Source of the DNA: an uncultured Methanosarcinaceae archaeon
GTDB taxonomy: Archaea > Halobacteriota > Methanosarcinia > Methanosarcinales > Methanosarcinaceae
DNA: 64,000 nt
NCBI GenBank assembly: GCA_963847185.1
Contig: CAWJYV010000007.1
Coordinates: forward strand, 768,001 to 832,000
Reading direction: 5' to 3'
Shown here: one piece after another, positions 40,919 to 52,048 of the stretch
How the letters are laid out: every line of letters starts with the position of its first letter
Numbering within the stretch: position 1 is the stretch's first letter
Notes under the pieces: generated by a model
Seen by the model: only the letters and a program-made list of their open reading frames with translations
The model's database searches: none
What the model was told of the DNA's origin: nothing
Program-made: the position numbers and the translations under genes

Positions 40919-43051
40919 TTAATACTCTACTTCTGTAGATCCTATTTTTTCGGCAAGCTTTGATAAAACCTCAGTTCTCATTCCTTCTACAAACTTAATG
41001 CTCCCTACGACAAGGTGTCCTCCTCCGCTGACACCTGCGCCTTTCATTTCTTCCCTGAGCTCCCTGACAATTCTCGGGATATTCATAAGAACTCCTTTTG
41101 AACGGATGACCGCAAAGTCAGGACCATATCCTAAGGTAACCACAGGTTGGTTTGGATATCTTTTGGTAAGCACATCGTGAACTTCTCCAGATGTCTTTCC
41201 TGGTGGCGGGAAGGTAAATTTCTGGGCGTAGTTTTCAACGTCAATTACATTCATAATGGCCCCATTTGCCAGTTTCTGAGACTTGACATTGAAGAGGCAG
41301 GTCTCGAGCTGATCCTGAATCATGGTGTTTGCCTGTTCGCAGAGCAGGGAAACCAGATTTTTATGGACCTCATGATCGCCAAGGTCCAGGATATCATCAA
41401 TAAGACCTTTTCCACTGCTGAATTTCAACCAGAACTGTTCATAATCCAGAGCCAGAGCCATTTCCTTCAATTCCTTGAGGCTATAGCTGTCCGAGGCAAG
41501 GGATATGTACCTTCCAGCTTCCGGTGCCTCCGAACGGTCCCCTACTGCTGAAACTGCAGGCAGGTGTTTTATTGTATCACTGATGCTGGGATTGATCATA
41601 CGAGCGACCTCAGCACAGAGCATACCCGCAGTAACCCCGAAATCTCCTCCCACATGTGCAGGATTTACGTGCCCTATCAGATACTGGTCAACTATTTCAT
41701 CCGGATGATGGTGATCAATTACAAGCATATCAATGCCATAAACTCTGGCCTGCCTCATAGAAGGAACATCTTCTTCGGTTGACCCGTTATCCACAAGGAT
41801 TACAAGCGGCATTTTCTGTCCGTGTCTTGAAATATCTTCAAGCGCAAAAGAAATATCTCTTGTGACGTCCGCTAGCTCGTAAAAAGGAGCCTTCGATGGA
41901 GCACGCTTGTACATATAATATTCTGCATCCGATCCACCTATTTCGGTAATAATGGGTAGAATTGCCCTCTCAATTGCAATTGCTGAGGTAATTCCATCGG
42001 CATCGGCATGATGCCTGAGAATGATAGGAGTCGAATGGAAAATCGCTTTTTTGATTTCTTTGGCGACATGCATCATTCTGGGTTTGAGCTTTTCCATAAT
42101 CTCGCTCTCAACCAGGAAGGGGATATCAGCAGGAGCTGCTTTTGCCTCAATTACCCTCTCAACTCTTGCCCTGACAACTTCCTCCTTTTCTCCTTTAAGC
42201 AGCTTCATACTCATGACTTCGATCTGAATCTGCTCATCCCTCAGAGTCACTTCTCCAGTAATTGAAACAATCATTCCCGTGTCGATATGTGGATAGGAAC
42301 GCTTCCCCGCACTTTCAAAAGCAGCACAGGGAACAAAGCCTCCTTCATCGCTAATCGTGAAAATAGTAGGCCCGCTGGTCTGCTTAACCTGAATGACTTC
42401 GCCTTCAAGTCTAATCAGCCTGCCTTTCATACTTGAGTCTATTTCAGCTGAATTCTTAAGTGGAAGCTCTTTTTCAAGTTCAATAGTTTCATACTTTTTA
42501 AGAGTTTTAGGGATTAGATCCAGTTTTCCTCCGGCTTTGACGCTTTTTACCAGCACTATCACGGCTTCCCCAACTTCAGGCTGAGTCCCAATATTGCTGG
42601 AGTGCATAAGCCCCCTTACATGAGGATTAAGGTCCACAAAAACGCCAAAAGATGCTATACTGCTTACTATACCATGGTAAAGTTTTCCTGCCTCTACATC
42701 CTTAAGATCACAGGATTCATCGAGAGCATACACATACTGAGAACGAGAGCATGAATTACAGATTTCTTCATCGGTATCCTCTGGATCAGAAATATGCACC
42801 CCACAAACCTTGCAGATGTAGATCTTCCCGAGTCCCTTACAGGTTTCACAGGCTCTGGTCGTTTCAATAACTCCCTTTCCTTTGCATTTTTCACATTCAG
42901 TACTATTTTTCAAAAAGCTATCAATGTTTTTTTCAGAAAATTTCATCAAATCAATAGATTTTGACTTGCCTTTTCCCTTACATTGAGGGCAGATATCAGT
43001 TGAAATAATTTCATTGCCACGTCCGTGGCAATCTGGGCATTCCTTACTCAT
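40919..43051 (-). CDS. Archaeal RecJ-like DHH protein with DnaJ-type Zn finger, S1 and OB domains (COG1107)
   Basis: CxxCxGxG repeats; S1 FGVFVDL; OB QTSGPTIF; HHADADG, DNGS, IDHHH, GGGH. Confidence 0.92.
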   Translation of the reverse strand: MSKECPDCHGRGNEIISTDICPQCKGKGKSKSIDLMKFSEKNIDSFLKNSTECEKCKGKGVIETTRACETCKGLGKIYICKVCGVHISDPEDTDEEICNSCSRSQYVYALDESCDLKDVEAGKLYHGIVSSIASFGVFVDLNPHVRGLMHSSNIGTQPEVGEAVIVLVKSVKAGGKLDLIPKTLKKYETIELEKELPLKNSAEIDSSMKGRLIRLEGEVIQVKQTSGPTIFTISDEGGFVPCAAFESAGKRSYPHIDTGMIVSITGEVTLRDEQIQIEVMSMKLLKGEKEEVVRARVERVIEAKAAPADIPFLVESEIMEKLKPRMMHVAKEIKKAIFHSTPIILRHHADADGITSAIAIERAILPIITEIGGSDAEYYMYKRAPSKAPFYELADVTRDISFALEDISRHGQKMPLVILVDNGSTEEDVPSMRQARVYGIDMLVIDHHHPDEIVDQYLIGHVNPAHVGGDFGVTAGMLCAEVARMINPSISDTIKHLPAVSAVGDRSEAPEAGRYISLASDSYSLKELKEMALALDYEQFWLKFSSGKGLIDDILDLGDHEVHKNLVSLLCEQANTMIQDQLETCLFNVKSQKLANGAIMNVIDVENYAQKFTFPPPGKTSGEVHDVLTKRYPNQPVVTLGYGPDFAVIRSKGVLMNIPRIVRELREEMKGAGVSGGGHLVVGSIKFVEGMRTEVLSKLAEKIGSTEVEY

Positions 43052-43589
43052 TAATATCAACACCAGTGGTTCTTCCGAACCTGCGTTTTCTTACTATACA
43101 GTTCTTTATTGCTCAGGATAAAGTTTTAAACCTGACAATACCTTTTTCTCTTTAATCTTAATGTATACTGATGAACTGGCTGGCTTTATCTAGCCCGAAA
43201 ATGGCATCCTTGTGATCCTTCTTGTTCTGTCCATCCACTTTTCCTGTTTTGTATTTATATTACTCTAGATATAAGTATTTTCAGAGACCAGATTTATCAG
43301 AGTTAGGTTCTGAACAGAATTGGTAGTTTCTCATAGTAAGCCAATATGTGCAGATCCGAAATTTACTTCGAAGTGTTTCTCAAAAAGCCGAAAAACTACC
43401 GTTCACAGAAAATCCGGAATATGAAAGGCATTAGATAGTTTTAAAGATATTCAGAGAGATACTAAACTACAACTCTTTGAAGTTGTATAATATTTATCCT
43501 CCAAAATTTCAATACGATTTTCTAGAGAAATAATACTTATTTATTATTAAGCATAAGATAAATATTAATGAAACAAGAGGTTACAAATT

Positions 43590-44384
43590 ATGGATATTAT
43601 TGCCAGTCAATTATCGCTTCCTGTATCTTTTCCTCTATTAATAATTGTATTATTAATAATCTCACAGTCAATAAAAATGGTTAATGAATATGAGAGAGTA
43701 GTTATTTTCAGGTTGGGCCGCCTTAGTGGTGTGAAAGGACCTGGAATTTTCCTGATTATCCCGCTTATTGATAAAGCTATGAAAATAGATCTGAGAATTG
43801 TTGCAATTGATGTCCCTAAACAGGCAGTTATCACTAGGGATAATGTCACGGTTGAAGTGGATGCCGTTGTCTATTACAAGGTAGTTGAGCCTGGGGCCGC
43901 TATCACACAGGTTGAAAATTATATGTTTGCAACTTCCACCCTTTCACAGACAACCCTGAGGGACGTGCTGGGTCAGATGGAACTTGATGAATTGCTTTCG
44001 GAAAGAGAGAATATTAACAAGCAGATACAGGAACTTCTGGATGCATATACCGACCCTTGGGGAATTAAGGTTACAGGGGTCACGATCAGGGACGTAGCCC
44101 TGCCTGAAACAATGAAGAGAGCAATTGCTAAACAGGCTGAAGCTGAAAGGGAAAAGCGTGCCAGGATTATCCTTGCGGAAGGAGAGTCTCAGGCTGCCCA
44201 GAAAATGACAGAGGCCGCCGCTCTCTATGAGGGAATACCCACAGCAATCAAATTGAGGGAGCTGCAAACTTTAGCCGAGATTGCCAGGGAAAAGAATCTC
44301 ATAGTGGTTACACAATCTCAGACTCTTGAAACCGGAAATTTAGCAGCTATATCTCAGGCTATTTCTAGAAGGAAAGAACAATAA
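43590..44384 (+). CDS. SPFH/stomatin (slipin) family protein
   Basis: EYERVVIFRLGR, TRDNV, QTTLR, AEAERE. Confidence 0.95.
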   Translation: MDIIASQLSLPVSFPLLIIVLLIISQSIKMVNEYERVVIFRLGRLSGVKGPGIFLIIPLIDKAMKIDLRIVAIDVPKQAVITRDNVTVEVDAVVYYKVVEPGAAITQVENYMFATSTLSQTTLRDVLGQMELDELLSERENINKQIQELLDAYTDPWGIKVTGVTIRDVALPETMKRAIAKQAEAEREKRARIILAEGESQAAQKMTEAAALYEGIPTAIKLRELQTLAEIAREKNLIVVTQSQTLETGNLAAISQAISRRKEQ

Positions 44385-44436
44385 AGGCTAAAGAAGAGTC
44401 TGAAGAAAAGCAATGAGCAAGAAAGGATAGATAAAC

Positions 44437-45738
44437 ATGCCTGCTGATAGGGCTTCCCATTTCCCCTCTATTTTTTTCCTGTGTTTTATCCTTATAGCAG
44501 CTCTTGCACCAGCTGCCGGGGCAGGACCTGAAGGCAAGGTGCTTGTACTTGAAATTTCCGAAGCCATAACCCCGGCTTCGGATGATATCATAGCTAATGC
44601 AATCGAGAAAGCTGAAAATGAAAACTTTGAAGCCCTCGTAATCGGTCTGGATACTCCTGGGGGAGGGTTGGAGGAGACCCAGATAATTATAAAAAACATA
44701 GAGAACACCAGCGTGCCTGTAATAGGGTATGTGCCCGATGGCGGGAAAGCCTGGTCCGCGGGTACTCTGATCCTTATGGGAACAGATATTGCAGCAATGG
44801 CCCCATTTACGGTTATCGGGTCAGCTCAGCCAGTACAGGTATCTGCAGAAGGCACAAAACCCATTAAAGATGAGAAAATAATAAATGCCCTTGTCAAGTT
44901 TTCAGTTACGACTGCGAGCAAACACGGAAGAAACGAGACCTTTGCAGAAGAAGTCATAACGAAAAATAAAAACCTTGATGCACAGGAAGCCCTGGATACA
45001 GGCGTGATAGAGTACATTGCTCCTTCTATTCCAGATTTGCTTACCCGGATTAACGGGAATGAAATAAAAGGAAGAACTCTGAAAACCGAAAACGCACAAA
45101 CAGAGAACTACGAACCCCCCTTGCCTCTTTCTTTTTTAGGGCTTATCTCAAACCCGATTATATCCTCCCTTCTTTTGACCATCGGACTCTATGGAATAAT
45201 CTTTGGGATTTCGAGCCCAGGTGCAGGAGCAGAGGTAATGGGAATTATTTCAATAGCACTCGGGTTGATAGGCACGGGATTTGATATAAACATAGGGGCA
45301 CTCTTTCTCATTCTTTTAGGAATAGGACTTCTCATTGTTGAAATTAAGATACCTGGATTCGGTATTTTCGGGCTTGCGGGTCTTATCAGTCTAATAATAG
45401 GAAGTATACTCCTTGTACCTATGGGAGGCGAAAATATATACACTCCCGAATTCCGGAGGCTCATGACCCTGACTATTATCGCCCCTACAATCGTCTTCGG
45501 GTTATTCCTTGTCTTTGCAATATATAAAGTGGCCGAGATTAGAAAGAAAAAACCAGTAATTGGATCGATTATAGGGAATACTGCTCAAACTATAGATTCT
45601 CTTGGCCCGGGGAAATCAGGATTTGTTCGTTACAGCGGAGAATACTGGCAAGCCAGATCAGAGGAGGAAATAGGAGTTAAAGAAGAAGTTGAAATAATTG
45701 GAAAAGAAAGGGAAGTACTTCTGGTGAGAAAAAAATAA
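44437..45738 (+). CDS. nfeD: NfeD / STOPP membrane-bound serine protease
   Basis: LDTPGG, AWSAG, IGSAQPV ClpP-like domain; TM core; C-terminal OB domain GEYWQA; adjacent to stomatin. Confidence 0.92.
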   Translation: MPADRASHFPSIFFLCFILIAALAPAAGAGPEGKVLVLEISEAITPASDDIIANAIEKAENENFEALVIGLDTPGGGLEETQIIIKNIENTSVPVIGYVPDGGKAWSAGTLILMGTDIAAMAPFTVIGSAQPVQVSAEGTKPIKDEKIINALVKFSVTTASKHGRNETFAEEVITKNKNLDAQEALDTGVIEYIAPSIPDLLTRINGNEIKGRTLKTENAQTENYEPPLPLSFLGLISNPIISSLLLTIGLYGIIFGISSPGAGAEVMGIISIALGLIGTGFDINIGALFLILLGIGLLIVEIKIPGFGIFGLAGLISLIIGSILLVPMGGENIYTPEFRRLMTLTIIAPTIVFGLFLVFAIYKVAEIRKKKPVIGSIIGNTAQTIDSLGPGKSGFVRYSGEYWQARSEEEIGVKEEVEIIGKEREVLLVRKK

Positions 45739-45776
45739 TTATCCCTTCTTTTCAGATTCAAAACTAAATCTGCTTG

Positions 45777-47102
45777 TTACTTTTTTCTTATTTTTTCCAA
45801 AACTTTTTGTTTCTTTTCAATAGCTTCAAGAGCTGCTTTATCAATTGATTCTCTCATTTCTTCAAAACCCCTCGGATTTTCTTCGCCATGGACTTTTTTG
45901 ACAGGAGTATAGGCTGATTCTCTAAATCTGGGTGTAAAGTCTCTGCATTCTCCATTTACGAAAATCTCAGCCCCATTTCCGTTCTCCACACGACCTATGA
46001 TATCCATTTGAATGCCTGCAGCTCTGACAGCATCAAGAATCTCATTAGCGTATTCAGGAGGAGCAATTACAAGCAAGGCATCGAGAGAAACTCCAAGATA
46101 ATCAATTTTAAGAGTCTCAAGCATGGAAAGCACTTTAGGATTCACAAGAGCCCTTATTTTTTCTTCTTCAAAAACCAGTTTTACACCTGCTGTTTTTGAG
46201 ATTTCCTTGGCATCACCCCGGATTCCACCGTTTGTAACGTCAGTCATTGAGTGGACTTTCCGGTGTAATTCGGACTGCAGCAGAACTTCACAGGCTTCAA
46301 GGAAGCGAATATTGATGGTCTCTTCCACGACCTCATGCATTCTGTAATAGAGTGCAGTTGTAGAAATCGTGCCCCCACCTGCTCCTTCAGTCATAAGGAT
46401 AAGGTCTCCTACCTGCGTTTTGTTTCGGGAGGTAAGAGAAGAAGTTACCCCTACAGCGCCAACACCACCTGTCATGCGCTCACCTATGACCATGTCCCCC
46501 CCGATTCGAAGGGTGCTTCCGGTTATAAGAGGTATGCCTGTCAGTTCGGAAACTGTGGTTATTCCTGCAATATGATCAAATATTTTTGCCACGTCTCCGT
46601 CATCTGCTATATGAATATCGGAAAGCATGGCTAGAGGACGGGCCCCCATAGAATATACATCACGTAGAGCTGCTCTGGCTACATGAAAACCTGAGAGAAA
46701 AGGAAAATCGCTCAGACGGGAGTGAATTCCGTCAACGGTGACTACCAGGTAATTATCGCCTATTTTAACAACTCCTGAGTCGTCAAGCTGGGAACTATCC
46801 ACAACCGCACCTGTCTGACCTATTACTTCTCCAAGTTTGGCGTGAACGTAAAAGTCCCCGGTGCCCCTTGATCCTACTCCAAATTCTCCCATGGAAACTC
46901 CGGAGAGAGTAGGACTTAGTACATCTCCCTCCACATTAAGGGTTGCTTTTGCCTCACAAATGACCGCAGCCGCAATCTCACGAGCCCTTTCAGGGTTTAT
47001 ATTTTTGATTTCAAGAATTCTTGAAGCCAGCTGTAACTCAAGCCCTTCTTCATTCGAGGGATCTTTCCTGAGAGCCCTTTTTACATAACCTTCTATATCC
47101 AT
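45777..47102 (-). CDS. AIR synthase-related (HypE/PurM-like) protein
   Basis: DDSG, VDGIHSRL, LRDVYSMGARP, MTDVTNGG motifs. Confidence 0.88.
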   Translation of the reverse strand: MDIEGYVKRALRKDPSNEEGLELQLASRILEIKNINPERAREIAAAVICEAKATLNVEGDVLSPTLSGVSMGEFGVGSRGTGDFYVHAKLGEVIGQTGAVVDSSQLDDSGVVKIGDNYLVVTVDGIHSRLSDFPFLSGFHVARAALRDVYSMGARPLAMLSDIHIADDGDVAKIFDHIAGITTVSELTGIPLITGSTLRIGGDMVIGERMTGGVGAVGVTSSLTSRNKTQVGDLILMTEGAGGGTISTTALYYRMHEVVEETINIRFLEACEVLLQSELHRKVHSMTDVTNGGIRGDAKEISKTAGVKLVFEEEKIRALVNPKVLSMLETLKIDYLGVSLDALLVIAPPEYANEILDAVRAAGIQMDIIGRVENGNGAEIFVNGECRDFTPRFRESAYTPVKKVHGEENPRGFEEMRESIDKAALEAIEKKQKVLEKIRKK

Positions 47103-47206
47103 AATTACCATCTCGCAGATATCTCTGCCCTATCAGGTGCAGGGCTGAGCAAATTGGCACAAGTGTAATCCGTAGAACTATAAGTAATTTAAATGATTTA
47201 GGAGTC

Positions 47207-47288
47207 AGAACTCAACTACTAGAGTTCAACACTAGAATTCAACTACTAAAATTAAACTACTAAAACTTAATTGCTAGAACTTAATACC
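47207..47288. repeat. About six degenerate 14-bp tandem repeats
   Basis: AGAACTCAACTACT / AGAGTTCAACACT / AGAATTCAACTACT / AAAATTAAACTACT ... Confidence 0.65.
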
Positions 47289-47350
47289 GAATAAAAATGA
47301 GAAAAATAAATCAAGTTTCAATGCTGAAAACACTCTCCAAATGATTCCTT

Positions 47351-47959
47351 TCAGCACATTTCCACAAAATTTTTCAGAATCTTCAGTCCGGTAGCTCCAC
47401 TCTTCTCAGGATGGAATTGAGTGCCCATCACATTGCCTTTTGAGTTTACGACAGAGGCTGAAAACTCCAGTCCGTAGTTACAAGATGCAAGGGTATTTTC
47501 AGGTGCTGAGTCCACGTAGTAAGAGTGTACGAAATATACGAAAGAATCATCAGGGACGCCTTCAAAAAGAGGGTGATCCTGTCTGGTTTCAATATTATTC
47601 CAGCCAATATGAGGAACTTTCAATTCCGATTTTGGAAAGCGCAGCACTTTGCCGGAGATAAGATTCAGTCCATCAGTCAGTTTCCCTTCCTCTGAGGAAC
47701 TCATCAGAACCTGTTGCCCGAGACATATCCCGAGAATCGGCCTTCCTGACTTTACGTAATCAGAGATAATTCCTTTTATCGGGGCAAGACACTTCATCGC
47801 ATCCACAAAAGCGCCGACGCCCGGGAGAATCACCCCATCTGCTGCAAGGATCTCCTCATGGTCCCCGGTGATTGTGGGACTGGCACCAACGTGTTCGAGC
47901 CCCTTTTGAACACTCCGGAGATTTCCAAGTCCGTAATCGAGAATCACGATTCTTTTCAT
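47351..47959 (-). CDS. hisH: Imidazole glycerol phosphate synthase glutaminase subunit
   Basis: DYGLGNLRSV, LPGVG, GICLG, VPHIGWN, YFVHSY, QFHPEKS. Confidence 0.97.
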   Translation of the reverse strand: MKRIVILDYGLGNLRSVQKGLEHVGASPTITGDHEEILAADGVILPGVGAFVDAMKCLAPIKGIISDYVKSGRPILGICLGQQVLMSSSEEGKLTDGLNLISGKVLRFPKSELKVPHIGWNNIETRQDHPLFEGVPDDSFVYFVHSYYVDSAPENTLASCNYGLEFSASVVNSKGNVMGTQFHPEKSGATGLKILKNFVEMC

Positions 47960-48078
47960 AGCTGTAAAGAATAAGTTCAAATAGATTAAGCTTACGAATA
48001 AAGAAAAATCAGAAGGGAAATTATAGAAAGAGATTGAAATTGGAAGAAAAATTAAAGGATTCTGTAAATCTGTACTGA

Positions 48079-48294
48079 TCAGTATCTGTCTGCAGAAAAA
48101 CTATAAGGTCTTTCCTCTCTTTCAAAAATCACCTTATGTTTGCCACAACGTATACATTTATAGCGCTTTTCAAGCACTGTTGGCAAAAAAAACAGCGCCC
48201 CAGTCTTTCGTTTCCATTTATGCAGTCCAATAAAACACAAGAAACTATGGTCATGGTCCGATTCACTTGAATCATCAGAACATTCTTGAGTCAA
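48079..48294 (-). CDS. Small putative Zn-binding protein (DUF1660-like C-x4-H...CxxC)
   Basis: LCFIGLHKW...YKCIRCGK; TTG 48294 after SD GAGGGG (71 aa). Confidence 0.6.
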   Translation of the reverse strand: MTQECSDDSSESDHDHSFLCFIGLHKWKRKTGALFFLPTVLEKRYKCIRCGKHKVIFEREERPYSFSADRY

Positions 48295-48522
48295 AAAACT
48301 TTTTCCCCTCGTTCTTGATTGATAAGCTGGCTTTTTGATGGTGAAAAGAATATGGATAAAACAACTATATAAATACATACTTATTTTGAATAATTATAAT
48401 AATTTTCGACTATGGTAAATATAGAAGGTCAAAAAATAGAAATAAACTATAAATACAATAATGTGGCTATTGAATATTAACTGAATAAATTATTTTTTAA
48501 TGTCTATACGTGAGGTAAATTC

Positions 48523-49008
48523 ATGACTAAACTTACATTATTGAGAAATGATGAAAAAGCCATGGAACTCCCGATTAATATTGTTGTCATGCTTGTTGTC
48601 GGAATGGTTGCCCTAGCAGCACTTATTTCGATAATACCTACTCCAACAAAGGAAATGTCGGTATTTGTAGAAAGATCAGCACTGGGAGGAGGGACTCTTC
48701 AGCCAGGCAACTCTATAGTAGTAAATGCGAGAACTGCAGAAAATCCTTTTGCAATAACTGTATCGGTAAAGGTAACAGACAATGACGGAAACCCTGTCAG
48801 AAACGCAAATGTTATTCTCAGGGGACTTGGGGGTGCTGCATCCAATACTACGGATGCAAACGGGCTCAGTGTCCTGACAACACCTTCAACTTCACTTGTC
48901 AAGCTTGATCCGAATCAGAATGAGGGAACAATGGACCTGAAAATTATGGCAGATGGCTTTTACGACTATGAGAAGAAAGATGCAGTTATGATTATCAAGA
49001 CTCGCTAA
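48523..49008 (+). CDS. Prepilin-like protein with Ig-like (carboxypeptidase-regulatory-like) domain
   Basis: RNDEKA|MELPINIVVMLVVGMVALAALISII; VKVTDNDGNPVRNANVIL. Confidence 0.8.
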   Translation: MTKLTLLRNDEKAMELPINIVVMLVVGMVALAALISIIPTPTKEMSVFVERSALGGGTLQPGNSIVVNARTAENPFAITVSVKVTDNDGNPVRNANVILRGLGGAASNTTDANGLSVLTTPSTSLVKLDPNQNEGTMDLKIMADGFYDYEKKDAVMIIKTR

Positions 49009-49050
49009 ATCGAATATATGTACAGGTAAAGCTGGAGAAAGGAGACTGGT

Positions 49051-49512
49051 ATGCTGCCAGAAAAACTCAAAAATAATGAAACAGGAACTGTGGGGCTTCC
49101 ACTAAGGATACTAGTCCTTTCAATTGTCGGTTTAGTGGGGTTTTACGCAATACTTTCAGCTCTCGGTAGCGCTCCTGCTCCTCCCGAACCCATGTACGCA
49201 ACAGCTAATATAAGCTCATTTTCTTTACCTTCACCCGAATCAGGAAGCTCAGGGGAAACTAATCTGCATCTGCTTGTAAAAGTTATTGACAGGAACAACC
49301 GCGGCATAAAACAAGCAAATGTAATTGCCTGGAGCCCTGATAAGGGAAATGCATATTCAGGTATTACTGACTATAAAGGAAATGCAGTAATAAAAATATC
49401 CAACCCCAAAATACCTCAAGGAAAAGCCGAAGGATATATTTCAATAAAAGTTATGAGAAGTGGATACATAGATTTCACAAGTGAGTATTTTGTTAAAGTA
49501 GTACGAAGTTAA
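49051..49512 (+). CDS. Prepilin-like protein with Ig-like domain (paralogue of upstream gene)
   Basis: KNNETG|TVGLPLRILVLSIVGLVGFYAIL; VKVIDRNNRGIKQANVI..TDYKG. Confidence 0.78.
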   Translation: MLPEKLKNNETGTVGLPLRILVLSIVGLVGFYAILSALGSAPAPPEPMYATANISSFSLPSPESGSSGETNLHLLVKVIDRNNRGIKQANVIAWSPDKGNAYSGITDYKGNAVIKISNPKIPQGKAEGYISIKVMRSGYIDFTSEYFVKVVRS

Positions 49513-49817
49513 AGTTTTCTGAGACTAAGATCTTCTGAAGAATTTCTGCTTCCTTTTGTAAAAGAACAGAAATGTAGCCTGCGTATACAATTTGTTAGCT
49601 GTCTTCAGATTCTGGCCAGAGGTTCTGGCTATTAAAAGACATAATCTGTAAATAAATAGCTGCAATGAAGAAAGCTTAGAAATGGATAAAAAGAAAGATT
49701 GAGTGGATTTATCAATCATATTTAAAACAACAAACATATCCTCAATTTTTAAAAGTGTAGAGATTTTATGCTTGCGGGTTTCAATAATTGACTTTCCACA
49801 AAACTACAGATCTTTAT

Positions 49818-50306
49818 TTATTCTCCGGCACCAAAGGCAGCTTTAAGCTTGCGTTCTTCTTCCTTGGATAGGGAAGTGCGCACTACTTTTGGATTGAATT
49901 TGCCCAATTCATCGAGAACCTTATCTTCAGTCCATTTTGAAATCAACAGGAAGAGGGCAGATCCTCCGGGTTCTACAGTTTCAGCAACCTCATGGATGAA
50001 GTCGTCATTAATTCCATAATCCGTTAATTTGGCAGAAATTGCACCTGTCACGGCACCAATTGCCATACCCAACCAGGGCATCCAGAAAAGTAGCCCTATC
50101 AGCATACCCCAGAATGCTCCACCAACCGTGCCTGCACCGACAAGGTTCATTGCCTGCTTTACCTTGACCTTACCATCGTGGTTGCGAATAACGATTGCAG
50201 CGTCATCAAGAGTTATCAACTGCTCTTTTTGAAGTTTTTTGATGGCTCCATCCATCTCAGAGGCGCCTTTGTCGTTCGAAAAGGCAAAAACTATCAACTC
50301 ACTCAT
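49818..50306 (-). CDS. DUF1269 family glycine-zipper membrane protein
   Basis: MSELIVFAF, DDAAIV, GAFWGMLIGLLF..G, DYGINDDF, SALF. Confidence 0.88.
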   Translation of the reverse strand: MSELIVFAFSNDKGASEMDGAIKKLQKEQLITLDDAAIVIRNHDGKVKVKQAMNLVGAGTVGGAFWGMLIGLLFWMPWLGMAIGAVTGAISAKLTDYGINDDFIHEVAETVEPGGSALFLLISKWTEDKVLDELGKFNPKVVRTSLSKEEERKLKAAFGAGE

Positions 50307-50581
50307 TTTTTAAGACCTCCTTTCTTATTTTCGATTTAATCTAAAATACGATGATAGCCTTAGTTTAAGAGAAATAGCCTTATCCGAAGTTCAATAGAAA
50401 GTAATCCATTGAGAGAACCAGGAGGTTTGAAGCCTCACAGGTAATAGATAATTCATTTAGAAAACCTGTCAGGATGCCTTTTAACTGGTTATTTCATTAG
50501 TTCATACCCTCTTTCCGGAAATGCAGATTTCCCCTTACTTATCACAGAAGCCACCGATAATAACAATCTCATAATATTATA

Positions 50582-50625
50582 TATGTTTTACGCACTTGAA
50601 GATCAAAATTGATAACATAAGAGCG
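50582..50625. mobile_element. Truncated end of an AGGACTTACGC-family MITE
   Basis: TATGTTTTACGCACTTGAAGATCAAAATT resembles the 19337 terminus TATGTCTTACGCACTTCAGGCTCAAAATC. Confidence 0.45.
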
Positions 50626-50854
50626 AATAAGAGGTATTTTAATTCGGAAATTTAGTAGTTCACAAGTATGGTTGGATAAAATATGATAGTAAATGAAAAA
50701 GAATTTTCAATCACCTTCAGAAAATTCATAAAGGCGATTGTATAACATTATGAGAGTGATTAATAGTATAGCAGATTCTGTGATTGCTCGCGAGAGATGA
50801 ATAATTTATACTTTTCTGAAAGAATAAATCATTAAGCAGCTGTTTTTGCCCGCT

Positions 50855-51766
50855 TTATTCAGGATCGGATAGTGATTTCTTTTTACGGTTTACCATGTAA
50901 AATTTCATGAGGACAGCCCCTGCCATCATGACTCCAAGACCCATAGGAAAATAAGGAGACCTTATTATATCCCACCTACCGGACCAGACAAGGAATCCGG
51001 CGAGGAAAAGAGCTGAAGACCCCACAATTCCTGAGATTTCCAGGGGAATTTTGATTGAGCCTAGGGTAAACCTGTTTTGATTCTCAAGAAATTCAACGCG
51101 AGACTCAAGTTTTTTCATGTATTCGTATTTCGCAGTCTCTTGATTCCTGAAATTCTGAACTTCTTTATCTATCCTTTCAATTTCCGGTTTCAAGTTGTCG
51201 TGAACAAAACCTGATAATTCGGAGAGTGAGGCCTGAAGAGCGCGAAGACTTTCGGAAAGACCGGAGAAGAGCTCATTTATACTCCTGATTTTGTAGCCAG
51301 TTCCTGAAGTTTCGGAAGAATTATCCACAGAGAGAATAGAAATATCCGAGGTGTTACCTGAAGGAAGGACTGCACTGAGAGCAAGACTAGAATTATTCCC
51401 CTCTGAAAATGATGGAACTGAATTAGAAAGCAAAGAATTTCCATGAAGAGGAATAGAAGATTCAGGAGACACAGAAGGCATCTGTGGAAAAACCGCGGAG
51501 CCTGCAACAATAGTCCCTGAATTTTCCTCAGGAAAAGGATCAGAGAAATTCCCAGAGAAAACTCTTTCAGTCTCCAGGGAAGGAGGAGTTTCCACTGAAA
51601 GGCGCCTTTCGACTGCCCTGAGCCTCTTTTCAAAACTCCTTATGCTTTGATCAAAAACCTCAATTCTTCCCTGTAGATCCTCCCTGATTTCTGGTTCTTC
51701 CTGATGTAACTTGTTCAATGAACCATTACCCCCACAAAATTTATTATAAAGAATCTGATCCGACAC
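50855..51766 (-). CDS. Coiled-coil protein with Ser-rich linker and two C-terminal TM helices
   Basis: Heptads FEKRLRAVERRL and MKKLESRVEFLE; hydrophobic C-terminal hairpin followed by a basic tail. Confidence 0.75.
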   Translation of the reverse strand: MSDQILYNKFCGGNGSLNKLHQEEPEIREDLQGRIEVFDQSIRSFEKRLRAVERRLSVETPPSLETERVFSGNFSDPFPEENSGTIVAGSAVFPQMPSVSPESSIPLHGNSLLSNSVPSFSEGNNSSLALSAVLPSGNTSDISILSVDNSSETSGTGYKIRSINELFSGLSESLRALQASLSELSGFVHDNLKPEIERIDKEVQNFRNQETAKYEYMKKLESRVEFLENQNRFTLGSIKIPLEISGIVGSSALFLAGFLVWSGRWDIIRSPYFPMGLGVMMAGAVLMKFYMVNRKKKSLSDPE

Positions 51767-51990
51767 TATATAAAAATTTTGAAAACATAAAATAATATTA
51801 TTTAGAATAATATTAAAAATGACAACATAAAGCTGATAGCAAAAAGAGAAAAATCAAAGGAGTCTGAAAAGGAAATTGAGAAAAAACGCACATTAAATTC
51901 TTCGAGTCACATGCCTGATAAATGAAAGTAATTTTCACTTACCTTTTTTGTTATTTGCTCCATCATTACCTCAGGACAGTAAGGTTTTCT

Positions 51991-52048
51991 TTTCTTCGGT
52001 TTTTCAAAATCGTGAAAACACGAATCTGTGAATTTCCACCGAAGACCC
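51991..52048. mobile_element. Very short MITE-like element
   Basis: TCTTCGGT...ACCGAAGACCC terminal inverted repeat resembling the GGYTCTTCG termini at 15252/15430. Confidence 0.45.
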
